A DNA stretch of 16,291 nt, from the NCBI GenBank assembly GCA_038895675.1, contig JAWANB010000011.1, forward strand, positions 5,958-22,248. The letters are read 5' to 3'. Both the position numbers and the translations under genes were made by a program. Below, one piece after another: positions 7,390 to 14,826 of the stretch (the stretch's first letter is position 1; each line of letters begins with the position of its first letter). The notes under the pieces were generated by a model that was not told the DNA's origin, did no database searches, and saw only the letters and a list, made by a program, of their open reading frames with translations. This stretch comes from Candidatus Iainarchaeum sp. (GTDB taxonomy: Archaea; Iainarchaeota; Iainarchaeia; Iainarchaeales; Iainarchaeaceae).

Positions 7390-8144
7390 TGGCTAAGAAA
7401 AAAGATTCTCCGGTTTACGTGGATTCAAAAGGTAAAAGGCTTGATGGCCGTGCTGTGAATGAGTTGAGGCCTATTAAAATAGTTTGTGGTGTTGTGCCTC
7501 GTGCTGATGGCTCTGCTTATTTGGAGTGGGGTCAGAACAAGGTTTTGGCTGCAGTTTATGGTCCTCGTGAGTGTTTGCCAAAACATACGGCTTCTCCTTA
7601 CAAGGCTATGGTAAAGTTCAATTATAGGATGGCTTCTTTTTCTGTTCCTGAGAGAAAGTCTCCTAAGCCTGGTAGGCGTGAGATTGAGATTTCTAAGGTT
7701 TGCGGGGAAGCTCTTGAGAGAGTAATTTTTTTGGAGCGTTTTCCTAACACTCAAATAGATATTTCTGTTCAAATTTTGGATAGCAATGCTGGTTCTAGAA
7801 TAGCGGCTCTCACTGCCGCTTCTGTGGCTTTGGCTGACGCTGGTTTGCCAATGCGTGATTTGGTTTGTGGTACTAGCGTTGGTAGAGCTGGTGGTAAATT
7901 GATAGTTGATTTGAATAAGGATGAAGAGGATGCTCCTGATGCTGTTGACATTCCTGTTGCTATAATGCCTAATGTTGGCGAAATTGTTTTGTTGCAATTA
8001 GACGGCATAATTTCTCGTAAGGAGTGGGAAGAGGCTTATAAGATGGCTTTGGAGGCTTCTATGAAAGTTTATGAGATTCAGAAAAAGGCTTTGAAAGACA
8101 AGTATGCTTTGCCTTCTGATTCTGAAAAGGAGGTTATTGAATGA
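7389..8144 (+). CDS. rrp41: Exosome catalytic subunit Rrp41
   Basis: RLDGR...ELRPI, ADGSAYLEWG, VYGPRE, RREIEISKV, AGSRIAALTAASVALADAG, DLNKDEED; TAATG overlap with rrp4. Confidence 0.96.
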   Translation: MAKKKDSPVYVDSKGKRLDGRAVNELRPIKIVCGVVPRADGSAYLEWGQNKVLAAVYGPRECLPKHTASPYKAMVKFNYRMASFSVPERKSPKPGRREIEISKVCGEALERVIFLERFPNTQIDISVQILDSNAGSRIAALTAASVALADAGLPMRDLVCGTSVGRAGGKLIVDLNKDEEDAPDAVDIPVAIMPNVGEIVLLQLDGIISRKEWEEAYKMALEASMKVYEIQKKALKDKYALPSDSEKEVIE

Positions 8145-8920
8145 ATTCTGGTTTGTGGGATTTGAGAGTTGATAAGCTAATTAACGAGTTAAAGGAAGGT
8201 AAAAGGCCTGATGGTAGAAAGCTTGATGAATTGAGGAAAATAGTAGTCAATAATAATGTTAGTGAGAATGCTGATGGTTCTGCTAGAGTTAATTGGGGTG
8301 GTACTGACATTATTGCTGGCGTTAAGTTTGAATTGGCTGAGCCTTTTCCAGATACGCCTGATGAAGGCGGGATTAGTGTTGGTGTCGAGCTTCTTCCTAT
8401 GGCTGACCCTGATTTTGAGGTGGGGCCTCCTAATAGTGAGGCTATAGAGCTTTCTCGTGTTGTTGATAGAGGTATTAGAGAGTCAAAAGCCATTGATTTT
8501 AAGGACCTTTGTTTGGTTAAAGGTGAATTGGTTTTGATGGCTTATATTGACATTTATGTGATTAATAATGACGGCAACCTTTTTGATGCTTGTTCTTTAG
8601 GTGCTGTTAGTGCTCTTTTGAATACGCGAGTTCCTAAAGTAGAGAACGAGAAGATTATGGTTGGCGAGTATGCTGGCAAATTAAAGATGAAGAATAAGCC
8701 TATAATGTGCACTGTTGGTAAAATAGGTAATGTTATTGTTGCAGATCCTTCTTTTGAAGAGGAACAAGCAATGTTCGCAAGGTTTTCTGTGTCTCTTTTG
8801 GATGACGACAAGATTTGTGCTTTTCAAAAAGGCTTGTCAGGTTCTTTCAAGTTTGAGGAAATAAACCTTGCTTTGGACATGGCTGAGCGCAATAGCAAGA
8901 TTTTAAGAAAGTTATTATAG
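8141..8920 (+). CDS. rrp42: Exosome subunit Rrp42
   Basis: GKRPDGRKLDELR, ADGSARV, EPFPDTPDEG, FEVGPP...IELSRVVDRGIRES, DGNLFDA; ATGA overlap with rrp41. Confidence 0.96.
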   Translation: MNSGLWDLRVDKLINELKEGKRPDGRKLDELRKIVVNNNVSENADGSARVNWGGTDIIAGVKFELAEPFPDTPDEGGISVGVELLPMADPDFEVGPPNSEAIELSRVVDRGIRESKAIDFKDLCLVKGELVLMAYIDIYVINNDGNLFDACSLGAVSALLNTRVPKVENEKIMVGEYAGKLKMKNKPIMCTVGKIGNVIVADPSFEEEQAMFARFSVSLLDDDKICAFQKGLSGSFKFEEINLALDMAERNSKILRKLL

Positions 8921-8961
8921 GTTTTTATTTAGAGTTATTAGAGGTTTTAGGTGTTTTTTTT

Positions 8962-9309
8962 ATGGCTAAAACAGAGAAAGTTTATACTACTGGGCGTTTT
9001 GGTTCAAGGTATGGTGTAGGTATTAGAAAAAGACTTTTGAAAGTAGAGCCTTACCAAAAGTCTTTGAAGGAATGCCCTAATTGTGGTTCTTTTAAGGTAA
9101 AGAGGCAAAGTAAAGGTGTTTTTGTATGCAAAAAGTGTAAAGCTAAGTTTGTTGGTGGCGCTTATTTGCCTAAGACTCTTGTGGGTTCTTTGGTTGGTCA
9201 AATGGTTTCTTTGAAGAGTTTTACTCCTGAATTTTTGGAAAAACTCTCTTCTTTAGATAAAGTCGATAAAGAAGAACAAACGGCAACTAATGAAAAGGGT
9301 GGTGATTGA
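8962..9309 (+). CDS. rpl37ae: 50S ribosomal protein L37ae (eL43) with C-terminal extension
   Basis: GRFGSRYG..IRKR, CPNC...CKKC zinc ribbon, FVGGAYLP; SD AGGTG upstream. Confidence 0.95.
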   Translation: MAKTEKVYTTGRFGSRYGVGIRKRLLKVEPYQKSLKECPNCGSFKVKRQSKGVFVCKKCKAKFVGGAYLPKTLVGSLVGQMVSLKSFTPEFLEKLSSLDKVDKEEQTATNEKGGD

Positions 9310-9444
9310 ATGCCTTATAAGTGTCTTCAGTGTGGTAAGGAAGTAAATAGTATTATGCCTGGCTTTATTAGGTGTCCAAGTTGTGGCTTCAAGGTTTTTT
9401 CAAAGACACGCGATAAAATAACTAAGACTATTAAAGCCGTTTAA
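9310..9444 (+). CDS. rpoP: RNA polymerase subunit P (Rpo12), 44 aa; absent from the supplied ORF track
   Basis: Hand translation: MPYKCLQCGKEVNSIMPGFIRCPSCGFKVFSKTRDKITKTIKAV*. YxCxxCG...IRCPxCG ribbon, SD GGTGGTGA, canonical position right after rpl37ae. Confidence 0.93.
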   Translation: MPYKCLQCGKEVNSIMPGFIRCPSCGFKVFSKTRDKITKTIKAV

Positions 9445-9480
9445 CTTTTTTTAATTTATTTCAATTATTTTAGCTTTAAG

Positions 9481-9744
9481 GTGTTTTTGTTGGCTTCCGT
9501 TTTTTTTTCAAGGCAGTTGAGTTTTGTTTTTCCTAATGAATTTTTGGCTTTTGCTGCTGTAAAAGCCATTTCCGTTGGTTCTAACAAACCTCATGAAAAG
9601 CGTTCTTTTGTTGAAATAATAAACAATAAAAACGTTGTTTTGCTAAAAATTAGTGCCAAAGATAGACATGCTCTAAACGCTTCTTGTTATTCTTATGAGC
9701 GGTTGTTTAATCTTTGTCAAAGTTTGTCAGTGGAGGTTTTTTGA
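9481..9744 (+). CDS. pcc1: KEOPS complex subunit Pcc1
   Basis: KRSFVEI...LLKISAKDRHALNASCYSYER fits the Pcc1 RS...I.A.D..AL.A..S pattern; canonical position before pfdB. True start may be TTG 9487 or 9490 after AAGGTG. Confidence 0.8.
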   Translation: MFLLASVFFSRQLSFVFPNEFLAFAAVKAISVGSNKPHEKRSFVEIINNKNVVLLKISAKDRHALNASCYSYERLFNLCQSLSVEVF

Positions 9745-10103
9745 TGGTTGAAGTATCAGAAATAAATAAGTTGATTCAAGAGTTTGAAAGAAATAGAGTT
9801 CAATTATCTAGTGTTGAAGCTCAATCTCAATCTTTGTCTTTGCAATCTAATGTTTTAGAAGAAGCGATAAAGCAATTGAAAGAAAGTAAGGAAGAAAAGG
9901 TTTACAAGTCAGTTGGTCCAGTACTTTTTTTGTCTGAAGCGAAAAAAGTTCAGAAAGAGCTTGAAGATCAAAAAGAAACAGTTGATTTAAGGCTTAAGAC
10001 TTTAAAAAAACAAGAAGAAGTTTTGCTTGATAAGCTTAATAAATTAAAAGCAGAAATAGAAGCTTTACAAAAGCAACCTAAAGAGGAGAAAGAGGAAAAA
10101 TAA
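9744..10103 (+). CDS. pfdB: Prefoldin beta subunit
   Basis: Two coiled coils around KVYKSVGPVLF. ATG 9744 has SD GGAGG and a TGATG overlap with pcc1. Confidence 0.93.
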   Translation: MVEVSEINKLIQEFERNRVQLSSVEAQSQSLSLQSNVLEEAIKQLKESKEEKVYKSVGPVLFLSEAKKVQKELEDQKETVDLRLKTLKKQEEVLLDKLNKLKAEIEALQKQPKEEKEEK

Positions 10104-11104
10104 TGTTTTCCGATCTTTCTCGCCTTTTTGGCAAAAAAGTAGGTTTGATTGTTCATTCTGGCTGTGATGTTGATTCCTTTTGTAGTGCTGCTGCCATTAT
10201 GCTTTCTCTTAAAGGCAAAGCTAAGTGTTCTATTTGTGTTCCTGATCATTTGAATGCGCAAGCAAAAGTTTTTGCTGAAAAGCTTAACATAAATTTTTTG
10301 GTAGAACCTAATTTGTGTGCTTTTGATTCTTTAGTGTGTGTTGATTTTTGTTCTAAGCACATGCTTGGTTCTCTTTCTTCTCAGTTTGATTCTTTTAAAG
10401 GTGAAAAGTTTGTTATTGATCATCACGAATGTAAAGTTTTTATTGTGCCGAAAAAAAATTCATGTATAAACCCTAATTATGTTTCTTGTACTGAACTTGT
10501 TTTTAAGTTGCTTTTAGCAACAAAAGAAATAAAGGTTTCTAAAAAGTCTTTCGCTTGTATTGCCGCGGGTATTATTACTGATTCTGCCGGTTTTAGTGTT
10601 GCTGACAAAGAGACTTTTTCGATAATGTCTGTTGCTTTAATTAATTCTGGTTATTCTTATTATGAGCTTTGTTCTTTGTTTTATGCTCCTAAGGATTTTT
10701 CTGAAAAAATTGCTTTGTTGAAGGCTTTTAAGCGTTCTAAAATTTTTTGTTCCGGGGATAAAGTAATTGCAGTTTCAGAAGTGAGCGCATTTGAGGCTGA
10801 CGCTGCGTCGTCTTTAGTTAGGCTTGGCGCTGACATTGCTTTTTGTGGTTATTCTAGTAAAGGTAAAGTAAGAATAAGTGGTAGGGCTAATCAAATTTTT
10901 GTAAAGAGCCTTGACTTTGATCTTGTTGGAATATTCAATAAGCTTAAAACTGAATTTGGTGGTGAATGCGGTGGCCATAAAGGAGCGGCAGCTTTCAACT
11001 CTATTGGTTCTGATCCTTGGCCATTTTTATTAAAATGCGCGGAACTTTCTCATTCTGAGATAAAAAAGCAGTTTCCTAATTATATTTACAAAGAATACGA
11101 CTAA
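10103..11104 (+). CDS. DHH/DHHA1-family phosphoesterase (NrnA-like, archaeal pfdB-linked type)
   Basis: HSGCDVDS (DxD), VCVDF, VIDHH, GIITDS, RISGRA, GGHKGAAA; TAATG overlap with pfdB. Confidence 0.9.
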   Translation: MFSDLSRLFGKKVGLIVHSGCDVDSFCSAAAIMLSLKGKAKCSICVPDHLNAQAKVFAEKLNINFLVEPNLCAFDSLVCVDFCSKHMLGSLSSQFDSFKGEKFVIDHHECKVFIVPKKNSCINPNYVSCTELVFKLLLATKEIKVSKKSFACIAAGIITDSAGFSVADKETFSIMSVALINSGYSYYELCSLFYAPKDFSEKIALLKAFKRSKIFCSGDKVIAVSEVSAFEADAASSLVRLGADIAFCGYSSKGKVRISGRANQIFVKSLDFDLVGIFNKLKTEFGGECGGHKGAAAFNSIGSDPWPFLLKCAELSHSEIKKQFPNYIYKEYD

Positions 11105-11120
11105 CTTATTTTTGAGTAAT

Positions 11121-11134
11121 ATAACTTTTTTAAG
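11121..11134 (+). promoter_or_regulatory. TATA candidate for a probably leaderless ribBA transcript
   Basis: TTTTTAAG at 11127-11134, 21 nt before ATG 11156; no SD between. Confidence 0.5.
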
Positions 11135-11155
11135 TAATCATTATCTTATTTTTTT

Positions 11156-12340
11156 ATGCTTGTTGAAAATGTGTTGAATGCTGTGGATGATTTGAAGAAA
11201 GGTAAAATGATTATTGTTGTTGATTCTTCCGAGCGTGAGAATGAATGTGATTTAGTTGTTTCTGCAAAATTTGTTGATGCTGAAAAAATAAATTTTATGC
11301 TCACTCATGCTCGTGGTCTTTTGTGTGTTCCTATTTCTGTTGAAAAAGCAGTGCAGTTAGGTTTGCCTAAAATGACTTATCACTTTGACAATTTTTCAAC
11401 TGGTTTCACCGTTTCTGTTGATGCTTCAACTAGCCATACAGGGATTAGTGTTTTTGAAAGGCTAAAAGCGATTAAAACGATTCTTTCTGAAAAGTCAAAG
11501 CCAGAGTCTTTACGTAGGCCTGGTCATGTTTTTCCTTTGGTTGCAAATCCTGGTGGTGTTTTGTCTAGGCCTGGACACACCGAGGCAACTATTGATTTAC
11601 TTGAGATTGCGAAGTTGCCTAAAGTTGGTGTCATTTGTGAGATTTTGAATTATGATGGTTCCATGCTTCGTTTCCCTCAAGTAAAATCTTTTGCAAAAAA
11701 ATTTGGTTTGAAAATAGTTCATGTAAAAGATATAATTTCCTATCGCTTAAAGTTTGGTTTTTCTGTATTGCGTTCTGCCGAAACTTTTTTACCAACCGAA
11801 TTTGGCGATTTCAAGGTTTTTGGTTATAAAGGTCTTGTTTCAAACAATGAATATCTTGTTTTAGTTAAAGGAAATTATAGGTCAAATCCTTTGGTTAGGG
11901 TTCATTCTGGGTGTATTACTGGGGATGTTTTTCATAGTTTGCGTTGTGATTGTAAAGAGCAATTGCATAAGTCTATGAGTTTGATTCAAAGAGAAGGCAA
12001 AGGCGTTATTATTTATGCTAAAGATCAAGAGGGTAGAGGTGTTGGTTTATTGAACAAGCTTAAAGCTTATGCTCTCCAAGACAAGGGCTTTGATACTATT
12101 GATGCTAATCTTGAGCTTGGTTTAGAGGTTGATTCTAGGGATTTTGGTGAATGTGCTCAAATTCTAAAGCATTTAGGTATTAAAAGTTTGAGGTTGTTGT
12201 CAAATAATGTTTCAAAAAAAGTTGTTTTAGAGTCATTTGGTTTGAAGGTGAAAGAGTTAGTTAATGTAAAGGCTTCGTTGAATTCTTACAACAAAAAGTA
12301 CATTTTAGCTAAAAAAGAAAAGTTGGGTCATTTTTATTGA
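11156..12340 (+). CDS. ribBA: Bifunctional DHBP synthase / GTP cyclohydrolase II (bacterial-type RibBA)
   Basis: RibB half: VDSSERENECDL, FTVSVDA..TGIS, RPGHVFPL, RPGHTEA, VICEI. RibA half: RVHSGCITGDVFHSLRCDC, QEGRGVGLLNKLKAYALQD, DSRDF, LRLLSNN, KKEKLGH. Confidence 0.95.
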   Translation: MLVENVLNAVDDLKKGKMIIVVDSSERENECDLVVSAKFVDAEKINFMLTHARGLLCVPISVEKAVQLGLPKMTYHFDNFSTGFTVSVDASTSHTGISVFERLKAIKTILSEKSKPESLRRPGHVFPLVANPGGVLSRPGHTEATIDLLEIAKLPKVGVICEILNYDGSMLRFPQVKSFAKKFGLKIVHVKDIISYRLKFGFSVLRSAETFLPTEFGDFKVFGYKGLVSNNEYLVLVKGNYRSNPLVRVHSGCITGDVFHSLRCDCKEQLHKSMSLIQREGKGVIIYAKDQEGRGVGLLNKLKAYALQDKGFDTIDANLELGLEVDSRDFGECAQILKHLGIKSLRLLSNNVSKKVVLESFGLKVKELVNVKASLNSYNKKYILAKKEKLGHFY

Positions 12341-12356
12341 TCTTTTTTTTGAGATT

Positions 12357-12367
12357 AAAGTTATAAA
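12357..12367 (+). promoter_or_regulatory. BRE/TATA candidate for the HTH gene (probably leaderless)
   Basis: AAAG-TTATAAA ends 22 nt before ATG 12390; preceded by a T-run (12343-12350) that could terminate ribBA. Confidence 0.5.
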
Positions 12368-12389
12368 TTTCTTTTTTATTATTGCTTTT

Positions 12390-12743
12390 ATGGTTTCTGT
12401 TCATTTTACACGCCCTCCAACTTTGAAAGTTTTGCAAGAATTGAAGAGAAAAGGCATTACTGAATTAAGGTTGCCTAAAAGTTCTTTTGATAGGCTTTCT
12501 AAGAAGGCAAAGTCTTTTTTAGAATCCAATGGTATCAATATTTCGATTGACTCTTCGCGTGGTAGGCCTTTAAGTTTAAATATTAAAAAAATTTTTGAGG
12601 TTGTTGAATTGCACAGAGATGATAGAACCTTCAGGGAAATTGAGGAAATTCTTGGAGTTCCTAAAAGTACTGCTCATTACTTGGTAAAGTATGCTAAAAG
12701 ACGAAAATTAAAGAAGGGCAACAAGATAGTTTATTTGGGTTGA
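12390..12743 (+). CDS. DUF1699/COG1710-like protein with RGRP motif and C-terminal HTH
   Basis: HFTRPPT..LPKSSFDRLSKK..FLESNGI, then SRGRP and HTH TFREIEEILGVPKSTAHYL. Family assigned from recalled pattern. Confidence 0.7.
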   Translation: MVSVHFTRPPTLKVLQELKRKGITELRLPKSSFDRLSKKAKSFLESNGINISIDSSRGRPLSLNIKKIFEVVELHRDDRTFREIEEILGVPKSTAHYLVKYAKRRKLKKGNKIVYLG

Positions 12744-12802
12744 TGTTTTTATTTTTTTAGTATTGCTTTTAAACTTATTCTTAGGTTATTTCTTTGGTTT
12801 TG

Positions 12803-14068
12803 ATGATTAAAATAACTTGTAAGGGTGCTTCTCAGGAAGTAGGTAGGAGTGCTTTTTTGGTTGACGCTGGAGATAAAATTCTTTTAGATTATGGTGTCAA
12901 GTTAACTCCTTCTGGCATCGAGTATCCTTTGCCTGTGAAAGTTAATTTGGACGCTGCAATAATTTCTCATGCCCATTTAGATCATAGTGGTAATTTGCCT
13001 CATTTGTTTCAAGAGACTAATTGTTTAGTTTACATGACTAGGCCTACTTTAGAAATAGCTAAAGTTTTGTGGTTTGACACTTTAAAGATTGCTGGTTTAG
13101 AAGGAATGGATGCTAAATTTGCAAAGGAAGAAATAGTCAAGACAGAAAAATTCACTTTTCCTGTTAGTTATGGTAAGCACATGGATATTACTGAGCATTC
13201 TTCTATGGTAATGCATGATGCTGGGCACATAGTTGGTTCAGCATTAACCGAGTTGCATTTAGGTAATAAAACGTTGGTTTATTCTGGAGATTATAGGTAT
13301 GAAGAAACGCGTCTTCATTCTCCTGCTCAGTTTGAAAAAATAAAGAGTTGTGATTACTTTATAACAGAAAGCACTTATGGTACTAAAGATCATCCTAATA
13401 GAAAAGAAACTGAAAAAAATTTTGTAGAGTCTATAAACGAGGCTATTTCAAAGGGCGGTCATGTTTTATTGCCATCTTTTGCTGTTGGAAGAAGTCAAGA
13501 GCTAATTGATGTTTTGTCAGAGTATAAAGTTGATGCTCCTATTTATTTTGATGGAATGGGCCAGGCTATTGCGAAAATTTATTTGAGTAATCCTACTTTT
13601 TTGAGAAACCCGAAGTTTTTGGCGAAGGCTTTGGAAAGAGTTACTTGGATTAAAAACATCAAAATGAGAAAAAAAGCTTTGAAAGAACCTTCTATAATAG
13701 TTTGCACTAGCGGCATGATGCAAGGCGGTAGTGTTTATGCTTATTTGCCCGATGTTTATAATGACAAAAAGTCTAAGATAATTTTAACAGGTTATCAAGT
13801 AATGGATACACCTGGTAGGATTTTACTCGAAACCGGAAAAATAAACCTTGAAGGAATTAATGTTAGCGTTAAGGCTTCTGTTGAGCATTACGATTTTAGC
13901 GCCCATGCAGGTAGGTCTGAAATTTTTAAGGCTGTTAGAAAGCTTAACCCAGAAAAAGTTATTTGTGTTCATGGAGATCAAGACATTACAAAAAAGTTTG
14001 CTAAGGACCTTAAAGAAGAAGGTTTTGATTCTATAATTCCTGAAATGGGAAAGGTAATAGAACTATGA
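12803..14068 (+). CDS. MBL-fold beta-CASP ribonuclease (CPSF-like, no N-terminal KH domains)
   Basis: GASQEVGRS, LDYG, SHAHLDHSG, AGHIVGS, YSGD, ESTYG, FAVGRSQE, TSGMMQGG, GYQ..TPGR, FSAHAG, VHGD. ATG 12803 preferred over TTG 12794. Confidence 0.94.
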   Translation: MIKITCKGASQEVGRSAFLVDAGDKILLDYGVKLTPSGIEYPLPVKVNLDAAIISHAHLDHSGNLPHLFQETNCLVYMTRPTLEIAKVLWFDTLKIAGLEGMDAKFAKEEIVKTEKFTFPVSYGKHMDITEHSSMVMHDAGHIVGSALTELHLGNKTLVYSGDYRYEETRLHSPAQFEKIKSCDYFITESTYGTKDHPNRKETEKNFVESINEAISKGGHVLLPSFAVGRSQELIDVLSEYKVDAPIYFDGMGQAIAKIYLSNPTFLRNPKFLAKALERVTWIKNIKMRKKALKEPSIIVCTSGMMQGGSVYAYLPDVYNDKKSKIILTGYQVMDTPGRILLETGKINLEGINVSVKASVEHYDFSAHAGRSEIFKAVRKLNPEKVICVHGDQDITKKFAKDLKEEGFDSIIPEMGKVIEL

Positions 14069-14826
14069 ATTGGTTGAATGTTATTGTTAGTGATTCTGCT
14101 AAAATTTTTTTGTCTGAACCTAAACTCATTTTTCCTAAACTTGTTGTTTCTTTTGCTTATGGTTTTTTGATGCTTTATTCTGCTAACGTTATTAGCAATT
14201 TAGATTTTTTTAATTTTTATACTGTGATTTTTGATATTTTGTTTTTGCTATTGATTTCTTTTATAGTTCTTTTTATTGACATTGTTTTTAGTTCAATGTA
14301 TTCTTTTTTGGTTTCTGATTTTTTTTCTCATAAAAAAATTAGTCTTGTTTCTGCTTTGTTTTCTTCTTTGAAAAAATCTGTTTTTGTAGTTCCGTTGGTT
14401 TTTGTTGTGATTCTATTGTTTTTGTTGATTAGTGCTTTGATTCAATTTTTGTTAGTACAATTTTTTGGCTATAATATTTATCTTTCAATTATACTTGATT
14501 TTATCTTGGTTTTTTTCTTTGTTTTTATTTTTTACTTTATTTTTCCTGTTTTGCTTTTAGAAAAACACTCTGTTTTTGTTGGTATTAAGAACTCTGTTTT
14601 TCTTTCTTTTTCTAATTGGAAAAAGGTTTCTTTGATTTCTTTATTGAGTATTTTTTTGTCTTCTCTATCTTTTATTGTTGCTTTTTTGGTTGATTCTTAT
14701 TATAATTCTGACAACTTTTTTGTTTTTGCCTTTCTTTTCGTTTTGTTAAGATTTTTTGTGGCTTACATTAATACTTATATTTACATTCTTAACCCTGTTT
14801 TTTATTTTAAGGGTGTTTCAAAGTGA
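14065..14826 (+). CDS. Polytopic membrane protein of unknown function (~6 TM helices)
   Basis: Six long hydrophobic F/L/I/V stretches with short basic loops; PVLLLEKHSVFVGIKNSVFLSFSNW motif; ATGA and GTGA overlaps with neighbours. Confidence 0.8.
   Translation: MNWLNVIVSDSAKIFLSEPKLIFPKLVVSFAYGFLMLYSANVISNLDFFNFYTVIFDILFLLLISFIVLFIDIVFSSMYSFLVSDFFSHKKISLVSALFSSLKKSVFVVPLVFVVILLFLLISALIQFLLVQFFGYNIYLSIILDFILVFFFVFIFYFIFPVLLLEKHSVFVGIKNSVFLSFSNWKKVSLISLLSIFLSSLSFIVAFLVDSYYNSDNFFVFAFLFVLLRFFVAYINTYIYILNPVFYFKGVSK

Noticed and set aside
10103..11104. High cysteine content of the DHH protein as a possible extra metal site
   Set aside because: The cysteines are scattered, mostly TGT, and not in a repeated CxxC pattern; T/G strand bias explains them more simply.
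11105..11155. FMN riboswitch upstream of ribBA
   Set aside because: The spacer is only 51 nt and has no RFN consensus.
12803..14068. Beta-CASP gene as the termination factor aCPSF1/FttA or a defence nuclease
   Set aside because: It lacks the N-terminal KH domains of aCPSF1 (about 420 aa only) and has no defence-gene neighbours.
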